Assembly (NCBI GenBank): GCA_023231475.1
Contig: JALJEE010000596.1
Span: 62,001-126,000, forward strand
DNA: 64,000 bases
Reading direction: 5' to 3'
Source: Seison nebaliae
Taxonomy: Eukaryota
This document shows, one piece after another, positions 13,517 to 25,709 of this stretch. The notes beneath the pieces were generated by a model that was given only the letters and a program-made list of their open reading frames with translations, was not told the DNA's origin and searched no databases. Numbering within the stretch: the stretch's first letter is position 1; each line of letters begins with the position of its first letter. The position numbers and the translations under genes are program-made.

Positions 13517-15788
13517 CTATTATTGAGATTGGACAATAAATTATTGTTATTGTTATTGTTGTTATGAGGGGGAAGATTTGGTGTCAATGGAACGGTTTGG
13601 AATTCATTGGGAAATCCGATTTTTTCTGATTTGGGTGAAATGAGACGATTGGGAGGGAGATTGGGTGAAGAAGTTGAAGAGAATGAATGTTCACTAGTTC
13701 CGTTGGGTATGGCGGGTGAATAAGGTGTAGTCACATTCGTCACCGAATTGGAAATATGAGGCGTTTTATCTTGTCGTGTGACATGTTCTAAACTCTTCGA
13801 TTCCTTCAATTTCTTATTAGCGAGAGATGGTCGATTCTTTCGATTATTCTTCGCCAATTCAGTATAATGAGTCCGTTTACTCGTCTCCAATTTCCTCCAT
13901 TGATTCGTAATATATTTGTGACGTTGAACATCATCTGGTTTCTCCGTCTTCAAATTCTTCAATTCGAAATGAGCATAAAGGAATGGCGCTTTAGTCGCTA
14001 ATTCTCCCAATTGCTCCTCCATCAGAAAATCAGCAGTCTTCGAATTATGTGGTTGTTCAGTAGTAGATTTATGTTCTTTTGGATGAGAATCGGCTTCAAT
14101 TGAATTAGTCGACGATTCCATAATTTCACGTCTACTCGGAACATAATCGGATGATGGAGGAATATCGATTTGTGACGAAAATTTTTGTTGTCTCATCAAC
14201 GTCGGATTAATCATTTGTGGCATCATTGATTGCATATGATTCCATTGTTGTTTCTGTTGTTGTGGATGACTATTATTATTGTTGTTGTTATTATTATTGT
14301 TGATTGGAGATATATTATTTGGAATAACACCAATTGGAGATGGTTGAATTGGAGTTGATTGTCTAATAATTCGTTGTTGTTGTTGAACGTTGGGAAAATT
14401 GTGATTGGATGTTTGTATCGATCCTTTCATAGATGGTTGTTGAACGGATAATTCATGTTGAGAATGAACGGATGAATTTAAGGAATCATTCAATAATTGT
14501 GGAGATTTGAGGGGAAGAGTTTGTGGTGCACATGATTGAACGTTCACGGATGCTTGTTGATTATATGGAGAATTTATGGTTCCATTATCATTATTCGTCA
14601 TTAATTGATCCGAATTATTTGGAGATTGCATCGATTGAACGGATGTCGGATACATAATTGATTGTGGTGTATTTGCTGATGGTGATTGCATAGATATCGA
14701 TCGATTGCTAAGTAATGATGCATGAAATTGTTGTTGTTGAGATGGTGATGGATGAATGAATTGATTACCAGGTAATTGATTGATGGTGGAAGAAGGACAT
14801 TTCATTTGTTGACCATATTGAGGATGATGATGTTGTTGTTGTTGTTGGAGATCTTGAGGACGAAATTGTGGATTAGTCATTTTACTCTGGACGATATTCG
14901 ACATTCTCCGTTGACTATTCACATCGAAATTATTTGCGCAGTTATTGTGCATATTCAAATTCATCGGTTTATTTTGCATATTATTATTTGGTATATTCAT
15001 ATTGAAGTATTGCATATGATTGCCGTTGAACGAATTATGACGTTGAAGAATGATGTCGTTGTTATCTTTCGATTTCATTTGTTGTTGTAGGGACGGTGGG
15101 TTACCATCAATCACATTCTTCTCCATCATATTATTATTATTCATATTGGTGGCACAGTGCATTGGTGAGGGAAGTGGTTTGATCGTACCTGGTGATTGAT
15201 ATTTCACATCAACACATGGCGAGTTAATGTTCATCGGTAATGGTTGTTGTGACGGTGGTGGTGGAATCGAATGAACATTCTGATATGGAGAATTTATACA
15301 TGTTCCATTATTCAATTGATGATTACTGTGCGGTGAGAGTGAACCCATATTGAATTTCATCGAAGTGAATTGTCCCGAATCGTTCGTTCGTGGACAAATC
15401 GGACTATTGAGTTGAGACGCATTATTCTGTATATCTTTCACTTCCGATCTCAAATCTTCAGCTATTCGATCGATTTCTTCCGTCTGTAACTGATTTCGAC
15501 TATCCAACGAATCATCTCCAATCCAATGATCGTTACTCGATAATGATAAATCATGATGATTCATTGGATCGATATTATGATTCAATTCCAAATTCATTTT
15601 CATCTTTTTCGATCCATCTCTACTATTATCCAAATAATTATTATTATTATTATTATCATCATTCAACTCATTTTCATTTTCATCATTATTATTCGAACTA
15701 TTATTATTCGAACTATTATTATTATTATTATTATTCTCATCATCATTCTCTGTCGATTGAATATAATTTCCTCTTTTACGATCATCTC

Positions 15789-15825
<37 letters not shown>

Positions 15826-18252
15826 GTTATTATCACCAGAATTACTATTATTTGAATTGAAATTATTTGCATCGTTCGAATGATTCTCATAATTCTCATT
15901 TCCATTATTCTGTTGATTATTTTCATTATTATTCTGTTGATTATTTTCATTATTCTGATTGTTATTCTCATTCGTATTCGATCCACCATTCTCGTACGTC
16001 TGATGATTATGATGATGAAGATCATTATTGAATTGATGGAATGAGATGGTTTCCCCTGGTAGATTTTGGAGGAATGCTACCGAATCTTCGTCCAATCCTG
16101 TCGAATCATCCAATAAACCATCGATCGATAAAGTGTCATCAATAAACTTTCCTCTCTTGATCGATTGTTCTGTATCGATTTGACAATTCTTTAATTTCTT
16201 CTCTTCTTCATTTTCCTCTTCATTCTTCTCCATTGGTTTCTCTTTCACAAATCTCAATTGATCCAACAAATAATTCTCCAATCTTTTCTTTCCTTCTCCA
16301 TCTTCATCCTTCTTCTCCCTCCTCAACACATACGAACTATCTATCATCGAATTCATTGAATCATTTCGTTTAATCGCCAAACATTGTTCATTCATATCAT
16401 CCATTTGTTTCTGTTCTTCTTTCGTTCCAAAAAAAGCATCTCGAATATATTGAGGGAAATTATCTTCCATATAATTGTGACGAATCTTCTTCGATTTGAC
16501 ATGATCATTATCATTCATCGAATTCGTAATTGAATTCGTTGGAATCATATAAATCCGATTGGTCCTTTTGGCCGAGAAACCGCCAACACCTAAACGACTA
16601 CCAGGAGGATGTTTAATTTTCTGATTAGAAATCAAATTTGAATATTTCTCTTTCATTCTCTCATAATTCAGATTATTGGGTTGCGTTGCACGATCTTTGA
16701 ATCCTCCAAAAATATCCATTTTCGATTTGACAAATTGACTATATTTCTCATAACCATTCTCCGTCATATAAATACCATCTTCCGAATATCGTCGTTGATT
16801 CAACATGATATTCAAAGTTTTATTCACATGTTTATCTTCGATGATATCATTCAAATTATCGTTCGCAATATTTCGATTGACTAATTCGATATTTTTCAAC
16901 GATTCCGATTCTCGTCTTTGTTGTCGTTGTTGAAGAAATCGATGACGTCTCTCACACACTCTCTTGATGAGTTCTTGATTTGATTGATTTCTTCTCATTT
17001 CACATTTTCTCATTTGTCGATCGAAAGTATTTTCTTTGAATTCCTCATTTGAATTATCTTCAATTTCCATTTGTGACATCATCTCATTCCGTCGACACAT
17101 TCGACACAAATAATCAGATTCATAAACTTTCTTCGCTTTCACTAATTCATTATCATTAACATTTCCATCGATATCATCATCGATGTCATCTTCATCTAAA
17201 TTTAATCCAGAATCATTAATCAATGAGGACGATGTTCCGTTTGTGAGATGTGGAAATTTCTCTTCCATTTCTTCATCAGTCAAATCGACTTTATTTGTGC
17301 ACGAATAGAAATGATTCCAACAACGACATCGATTACATTTGACGATGAGATCGTTAGCCTCATATTTCCTCGAACATTCGAGACAATGAGAAACGGAATA
17401 ACATGGACTACATTGTCGATATTGATCATACCATTTGGAGTGTTTAGTGAAGCCAGCGTGTCTCGCATCACAATTTTCACAATGTACACAATATGGACAT
17501 CTCCAAGTACCATCAGGAACGATCGATAATTTCGGTTTCAAACAATAAATATGATAAGTAATATCACAATCATCACAAAAAATGAGATTTGCGTCATCGT
17601 CACTTTTCCCACATTCTTCACACACCACACAATCCAAACATCTCCATCCTTTTTTCAAAAATTTACTGGGCGTTCTCGTTGTGGTACAGAAGGAATGATA
17701 ACATTGTCCACATTGAATGCAACCCAATAATTTGTTGGTTGAATCATTAAATTGTCCCACCGATCCACATAGAACACAAATATCCATATCATTCACTATA
17801 CAATTATCTCGTTCTTTCGAAATGATAACGGGTCGATGGAATTGTTCATCGTCGATATTATCAATGGAATTTTTTTCATTTTCTTTATTTGAATTCGTTT
17901 TCTCCACCGTCTCTTGCATTCGCTGTTGTTGTTGATATCGGGTATTGGAAGCGACATTGTCTCTCTTATTCAGTTTGGATGAGATTTGACGTTTATCTGA
18001 ACTAGTTCGCGATTTCTTCATTCCACTAGTTCGGCCCTTTTTTCCCGGTTTAGGACCACGAGGTTTTGCCCCTCGTTTCCCATTCCGTATGGACTGTCTA
18101 CTATTGACATGATTGTCATTCGTTCTCAATTTCGCTTCATTCGAACAAATTAATTTGTTCTCATTGAAGATCGATGAAGAATACACATTCGTCATCGTTG
18201 ATGGTAATGTATGTTGTTTATCATAAATCTTATTGATTTGATTAGTGATCAT
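4614..18252 (-). CDS. KMT2C: KMT2C/D (MLL3/4, trr-type) H3K4 methyltransferase, ~4416 aa. Introns 6232-6178, 6041-5991, 5767-5711, 5573-5529, 5186-5123, 5020-4962, 4763-4707; a further 5' exon is possible
   Basis: PHD cluster (CVLCGSVG..CIQCGQCYH; WRCLDCVVCEEC..CDDCDITYHIYCL), HMG-like segment (EEQLGELATKAPFLYAH..QWRKL), ePHD (DVDKWVHLNCILW), FYRN (LYP^IGYRVIKFYWSM), FYRC, WIN-like GCCRSE, SET (GGPARYVNHSCDPNC, GEE^FTYDYKF) and post-SET (CLCGALNCRRWMN*). C versus D paralog is not meaningful outside vertebrates. Confidence 0.95.
11699..11761. repeat. (ATT)n tract encoding poly-Asn in KMT2; similar (ATT)n/(GTT)n tracts at ~11950-12090, 13100-13160, 15640-15830
   Basis: Directly visible trinucleotide runs, translating to poly-N/poly-Q on the minus strand. 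Confidence 0.95.
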
Positions 18253-21200
18253 TTCAAAACGATTAAATTTATTAGCATGTTGAAGGTTCGGATATTGATT
18301 TGCATGACGAGAAATACTGGAATATTTACAAAGAAATTTAATTCAGTATCAATCTATTCCCATCTGATTACATCGGATATCCTCACAATTGTCGATTAAG
18401 AATGTTGTCGATGGAATTTTCTTGTGAATTCGAACCTTTCAACAATGAGAATGAATCTGACGATGATCATCGTGTATGAGAGTTAAAAAGGAAAATAAGA
18501 AAAAAAATTTTAAGAAAAAAAAACTTCTTCAACATCATCATTTTTTCGACGTGGAGTAAAGAAGAAAGAAAACGGAAAAGAAAATTCATTTTAATCAATC
18601 ATCATTTATTTCGACTAATCAGCATCGATTAGAAAATAATCGATGAGAGAAAATTCGTTTTTTTTAAAAAAAAACTTTCCTAAATAAAAAGTGCATTTAT
18701 TCAAATATTTTATTTAATGAAACATTTATCGGGATTGAAGGGAATGAAATAAAATGTCAATCTTCTCCGACCGTTATTGATAAGAGGAAATGAGTTTTCA
18801 GAGAGACCTTGTTTCTAATGGATCTTCGTCGACATTGAAATGAAGAAAGGAGGAAGGAAGAGTATTATTATTACTCTTGGTTTATGTAATTGGAAGAGAA
18901 TTAGTTAAATCCTAATCATCCTCCTCTCTCGATGTATATGGGAGGAACACATGTGAGATTAATATGAATGTGATATGCCTATGTATGTGTATGAGAGGGA
19001 AATAATAAATCTGATTGAATTTTTAATAATATTTTTTGGAAGGGTTAAAGATGCCTGTATTTATAGTGAGAAACACATCTCCCAATATAGATGTATTATT
19101 ATTACCTAAAACTACTAATATTTCTCCTACATGTACGCACACCATCCAACATCTACATATGACATCATTCTAATATCATCCTAACATTCAGGAACAATAC
19201 ATGTCAATGAATACCATGAAATGAACGATCATATAATAATCATTATCATTATCGTTAGATAATTATGTCAAATGAGAACAGGAGGATAAATTAAAAGAAT
19301 TGATTAATTATGAATCGATGACATAAAATCATTACGATCTATCAACTAATCAATTCCTTCACATACCGAGACATTTCCGAACAATTTTCCTGAGAGCATT
19401 ATTCAAGCTTCCGTGGTGCAAGTAAACATCAAACGGGATTTGGACAAAACTAAATGAAATTAAATACGAAAATAAAATAACTTTCTGACTACACCGGCAA
19501 GCGAGAGAACGGCATGGAAATACACAGAAACTTTCCTTCATTATTTCTCCTATACACACACCATCATCCATGCAAGTAGAAAGACTAGTTTAATTTATGG
19601 AAATTGAATATCAGTTTATTAAATAATATTTTCTAATACACATACCACTTTATAGAGATAGTAGAATTAATGTGAAAATAACTAATTATAAAACATCTCC
19701 ACATAAAGCTTTCTTTGATCTCTCTTTCCAAATGGGATTAATAGAATTAAAAGTAAATCCTCCCTTTCCATTTATCTGTGTCAATTGCAATAAATTTACA
19801 GTCAAATTTTTGGCTTCATCCACCACCCAACAAATAATCAACATATCATTAAGCTTACAATTTGAATAAGGAGAAAATATACAACTGATATATTTGTGGA
19901 GAGAATTTGAAAAACATCACGAGAATAACCTTGAACATAACGAGTTCTCTTTCCTCTTTGTTTCCTTTCCTCCAAATTCTGCCTTCATTGTCTGTTTAAT
20001 TTTGTCGTGAGTAGGAAACATGATACTGGGGGGGGAAAGAACTTTTCTTTCCGTCCTGTTGATTGATAATCAACATTTTTTCTCTACATTTCATTTACAT
20101 CCGATTTGCCATATTATCATAATTCTCTTTTCTCGTTCATTTGTGATTTTGTGATCGAATATTCATTCCTTCATTGTTCTATCCTCAATATTTGAAAGGA
20201 AATTGGAAGAAATTTGCATTAATAATTTCAGTGTTTTCTTTCTCCTCCCTCGCAACTCCAGTCAGAATAATATACAAATATCTACATACACATGTCGTGT
20301 TGTTGTTGTGTGTTGGAGGAATGATAATGAAGGTGGATCTTAAAACTAACTTAATAATTCTTGTAAAGAAATTAACTGAGATTAACGATATTGAATTAAA
20401 CCATTACTACTCTTCACGTAAATGATTCTCTTTAATAAATCATATCTCTCTTTCTCTCTCTCTCTTTATCTTTCAGGAGAGAACAATACAATTGTTTTGT
20501 ATGAAACGCATCGAATAAGCAAAAATTGATTAACCTTCTTTTGTTGGGGATTTCATTCATCTCTGTCATCATCATCTCCTTCAAAATGTCATTATAAATA
20601 ACATATTGTTAATTGATAATAAATGTTTAGATAATGTGAAGAAGTGTTTCTTTCTTGTTTTTTTTCATCCATAAATTATAACATTTCCACGTCGTCAAAC
20701 AGATACAATCATTCTCCTCAAAATAACAGGTCAATCCAATTTGACATTTGCAGTTGAGATTGAAATCCTTCTTCCTCATGATTGATAGAAGAGAATTCTC
20801 GTTTACTTTCTGTTAGAATAATAATCATAAATTTGTTTTCTCTTTAAAAGTTAAACTTCCTTCATCTAAATGAAATTCAAGCTAAAATCACTTTCTATCT
20901 ATCACCAATTCGACTAGAAAATTTGAGAAGCGAATAATTAAATTTCAAATGAAGAAAGATAATGTTTCTTTCTCAATTTATGTTTTATAAGTTTGAGTAA
21001 ATATTTTCCTTCTACAATTTATATCAACAAATTCACAACATCATTCAAACTCAATCCAACATATTTCACTATTTATTCTTCATTAAGTTGAAAGTTTTGT
21101 CGACTTAAAAATGAATTAACTTAACCGAATTCTTTAGTAAGTTTAAATTAAATTTTCGCATAATATTAAAATTAATCTTTCCACTTTTTCTTTCTGATTC

Positions 21201-21653
21201 TTAAATTCTTAAACTTTTTCTATTAATTAAATTTATTATTTTCTTCCGTTATTTATTGATCGTGAGTAGGTAAATTTATTTATTGAAATTAAACTAAACA
21301 ATTAAAATGGTATTCATGATACATTGATAATAATGATAATTCGGACTTAATTGAAGTTATCCATATAACTTGAACATTATTGAATTAGAGATTTAATTTA
21401 ACAAAATTTATTTAATTTAACTAGAGATTTGTAAGATAAGAATAAAAAGGATCATTTGGTAGTAGTAAGAGCACAATAAAATTTGAAATGTAACGAAGAA
21501 GTAGTGATAAAAGCTTAAAATTCAAATAATTTATGAAATTAAAAATGAAAAAAACTTTCTTTGTTTAATCAGAAATGAGATTTGTTCTTTCGGAAGATAT
21601 AAAATGACTCGAAGTAATATACAATAAGAAAAATCTAATTTTTTTAGTAAAAT

Positions 21654-24600
21654 ATGGAGTCGATTGACAATTCAGTAAAAGATTTAACAGACGACGTTAG
21701 TGATGAATCGATGGAAACAGACGAGAAAAATGTGACATCCGACGATATGGATGAGATAGAGGAGGAGTGTTTCCAATTCTCGAAAAAGAATTTTGAACGT
21801 CTCTGCAACATCCAATCAATCATGAACGACGTTGCTAAAGACAAATTGAATTTCCATCGGAACACGTTGTTATATGCAGCGAAGCAATCACGATTACCTG
21901 CTTTCTTTATGTCATCGGAAGAGATTTATCATTTCCCTGAGATCTATAACTCTTCTCAAGATATCGTTCGAACTATTTTTATTCTGTACAGAAATACGAT
22001 TGTTCTCTTTTTTTTCGTCTTCGAATAATTCTTTATTTATTTATTGATACTCTATTTCAGTTATATTGTTGGTTGGATGATCCTCAAGTTGAATTAACAG
22101 TCAATAGAGCTGCTAATTTTGTTCCATCGAAATTTTTAAGTTTTTTTTTCATAATTTTTTTTTCTCTTTCAATTTCTTCATAAAGTTGATAAAAGTTTAT
22201 TTGTAAGAATTTTCCTTTATCTCCAACGATCCTCCCTCATCAATTTCGGAATATATCGAAGACAATTAGAATATCAAAGTTTTTTAAATATTTAAATTGA
22301 ATAATAATCAAATTAATTTTATTTCAATTATCCTTTTAGAAGCTACGAATGCAGCAGGACGTCCATATCGAGTGGTGGTAATTGGTGCTGGTGTTGCTGG
22401 TTTATGTGCAGCGAGACAATTAATATCATTCGGAATCGATGTTCTGGTATTGGAAGCAAGAGTTAATTTTAAATCAAATTTCAAAAAAATAATTTAAATT
22501 AATTAAATAATAAAAATTTAATTTTTTCAGGATCGAGTTGGTGGTCGAATTGCGACATTCAAAAAAGATGGATATGTTGCTGATTTGGGAGCGATGATTG
22601 TGACGGGTTTAGGTGGCAATCCGATTGGTGTTCTTCAGAAACAAATTCGATTAGATTTGAAGAAAGTGAGTACGAAGTGTCCATTATATGATACGAATGG
22701 AGAAATGGTATCAGTCGAACGAGATCTGGTAACAGAAAGTGAATTTAATGATGTATTGGAAGCGACGGCATATTTGGCTAGATCATTAAAAATGACTTCG
22801 TTCAATGGTAAATCGATATCGTTAGGAGATGCTGTCGAAATAATTCTCCAATGTCAAGAAGTGAATGTGTTGAAAAGAGATTTGAAGGATGTGAAGGAAA
22901 AGAGAAAGAATCAAGAGGAATTAGCAAAATTATATGAAAAATTGAGAGATATTTTTATGAAATTGAAAACGGCTTATCGAGAATGGAGACTCATTTCGAA
23001 ACAACAGAAAAAAGTCGATTCAAATGAAACAATAGCGGATTTGTTTCTAGTGAAATTGAAACAAGAACGATTAGAAAAAAATTGTAAGGACTTTTCAAAA
23101 GTTCGAGATGCAATAAAAGATTTCGAGAATCGAATAATTAATGAAGATAATCCAGATATTCTATTAGAATCGAATATGAAACGATTTGCGAAATGTTCTG
23201 AAAAATCATCAAATAAAACGAATTGTGATGAGATGAATAAACAATTAACAAAGAATGGAATGCCATTTGCATTTAAATCTTTTTTTGATGGGAGAGGAAG
23301 ACATGAAGATTTTATGAGATTATTATCGATGGATGTGGAGAAACATATGGAAACGAAACCTCGTCACGTCATTAAACATCGACGAGGGAAAGAGATTAAA
23401 GGAAAAATTCCTATTGAAAATAATGATGAAATTCTATCTCATATTTATGAGATTTTAACGATGGATGCAAATAAGAATAAATCATCAGTAAATCGTCGTC
23501 GAAATTCAAAAACATTGAAAGATCTTAATTTGGATGAAATTCAACAGAAAGCATTAATTGATGCATATATTAAAGGAGTGAAACAAGGTGAATTACTTGA
23601 GAAAGAAGTTCGTTCAAAAATTGAAGAGAAAAAAAAATTGAAAAAAAATAAAGATAAAAAGAAAATTGAGATGAAAGGAGGAGAAAATACTTTCTCTAAT
23701 TTCTGTGAAATGATCGGAAATGATTTTGAAGCAATGTCAACCAATTCCAAAGAATGTTATCAATCGATGATTCGTGAAGTAGAACAATATAATAAGAATA
23801 AAACGAAGAAACCGAAATTACATAAACCTCCCAACATTTATATGAATCGACGTGATCGACAATTATTCAATTGGCATATCGCAAATTTGGAATTTGCTAA
23901 TGCTGTTTCACTCGATCAATTATCCGTTTCACATTGGGATCAAGATGATGCTTATGAATTTAAAGGTCATCATCTCACTCCAACGAATGGTTTCTCCATC
24001 CTTCCAATGGCGTTAGCGGAGGAAGTGCCAATATTGATGAATTGTGACATTCATACGATTCAATATCGGAATTTAGATGATGAGGAAAATTTCCAGGAAA
24101 CGGATTCGTTTAACGTGAGAATTGATGTTAAAGATGGTAAACATTATCTTTGTGACGCTGTTATTTGTACGGCACCATTGGGATGTCTAAAAGAAGCACA
24201 ACAAGCTCAAGAAATGGCTTGTGCAGCAATGGATAAATTAAAAGAAATTAAATCGGAGAATTTAGAACAATTTGAAAATCGGAGAATTATCTCGAATAAA
24301 TCATCTTTACAATTCCTTCCAAGTTTACCTAATTGGAAACGAGATGCTATTCGACGATTAGGTTTTGGTAATTTGAATAAAGTAGTTCTGATGTTTGAAT
24401 ATAAATTTTGGGATGAATCGACAATGATGCATGGACATGTCAATTCGTTCGATGAATCGAAAGGTGAAAATTTCTTATTTTTCTCTTTATATGAAGCACC
24501 AACAATTATCGCGTTGACTAGTGGAGATGCTGCTAACCAAATGGAACATATTACTGATGATGTAATTATTGCTCGATGTCTTCTTGTATTAAAATCGATG

Positions 24601-25209
24601 TTCGGTAATATTACCGTTCCCAATCCAAAAGATGCTATTGTTACGAGATGGAGAAGTGATCCATATGCTCGTGGTTCTTATTCATTCGTCTCTACTGAAG
24701 CAACAGGTCATCATTATCAATTATTAGCAATGCCAGTTCAACGACAAGTATTCTTCGCTGGGGAACATACGAATCGATATTATCCGGCGACAGTTCATGG
24801 AGCATTTTTATCAGGCTGTCGAGAAGCGAAACGAGTAGCTGATCAATTCTTAGGTAATCCCATCAGTGTCATGAAAGATGTGTTGGATTTGGAAATGGAA
24901 TATCCAATCAGTGGAAAAGCGAAAGATTATGAAGACGATTTTATTGATGATTATTCTTCTGATGATGATTCTGATGATTTTGAAGATGGAATCAGTCAAA
25001 GTGAAATTGAAGACGATTATATAGACAGTGAAGAAGAAGAAGAAGAAGAAGAAAAAGAAAGAAAAAGACCAAAGAAGAAAGTGGCGAATAATACAACAAT
25101 TAAAGTAGAGAATGGAAAGAAGAATAATAAAGTTCCTCGAAAGAAAGAGACATCTGAATTAGAAAACATTTCGACGACAAAAGACCAACCGATGGAAAAT
25201 GGAGATTGA
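21654..25209 (+). CDS. KDM1A: Lysine-specific demethylase 1A (LSD1), ~1106 aa; introns 22002-22060, 22140-22185, 22279-22339, 22462-22530
   Basis: SWIRM (AAKQSRLP..RNTI^LYCWLDDPQVELT..LINFGIY), FAD motif VVVIGAGVAGL, EAR^DRVGGR, ADLGAMIVTGLGGNP, Tower coiled coil, DRQLFNWHIANLEFANA, GFGNLNKVVL (catalytic Lys), FFAGEHTNRYYPATVHGAFLSG. Confidence 0.97.
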
Positions 25210-25709
25210 CGAATTGTGGAAATGACATAAATCAATTTAATAGAATAATCAATATACTTTATCTTCTCCTTTCAATTTTTATTTGAGTAAAATATTTTTC
25301 AATAAAATAATTTGATAAATTTCCAACAATTTTGTCTTGAGAATGAAATTGGAAAAAATGAGAAAAATCTAATTATTCATATTTTTTTCTCTCAATATGT
25401 GATACAATTGCTGAATACATTTAATAGTTTTTAATTATTCGGTACGAACAAGTACAAAATTTGGTTGAATAAATGAAATAGAGAGATGAAAAGTTATTAA
25501 GCTTAAAAATTGAAAAAAATAATTTTAAATAAGAAAGAAATGAAGAAGATGGAAGAGTAAATAATTCGTCTGAGATGAATGAAGTAAATTGTAGTAACAT
25601 TAATTTCCGAAAATTATTCATATCTGATAGAGATTAGAAGAATATTCCTAGAAATTAGTTTATATCGTTCCGTTTATTGAATTATAGAAATTGACTTGAT
25701 TGTTGAAGA

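Noticed and set aside
6309..17935. Many short ORFs antisense or out of frame within KMT2 (poly-I/V/Y)
   Set aside because: Shadows of trinucleotide repeats and codon bias of the real exon.
19359..19571. Cys-containing ORF as a possible missing KMT2 PHD exon
   Set aside because: Cys/His spacing does not fit a PHD finger and I could not join it in frame.
21600..21653. Acceptor-like sites just before several ATGs (2464, 21647, 36304, 60948) suggesting spliced-leader trans-splicing
   Set aside because: Plausible cis donors exist upstream in each case, and no SL RNA was recognised; cannot be supported without transcript 5' ends.
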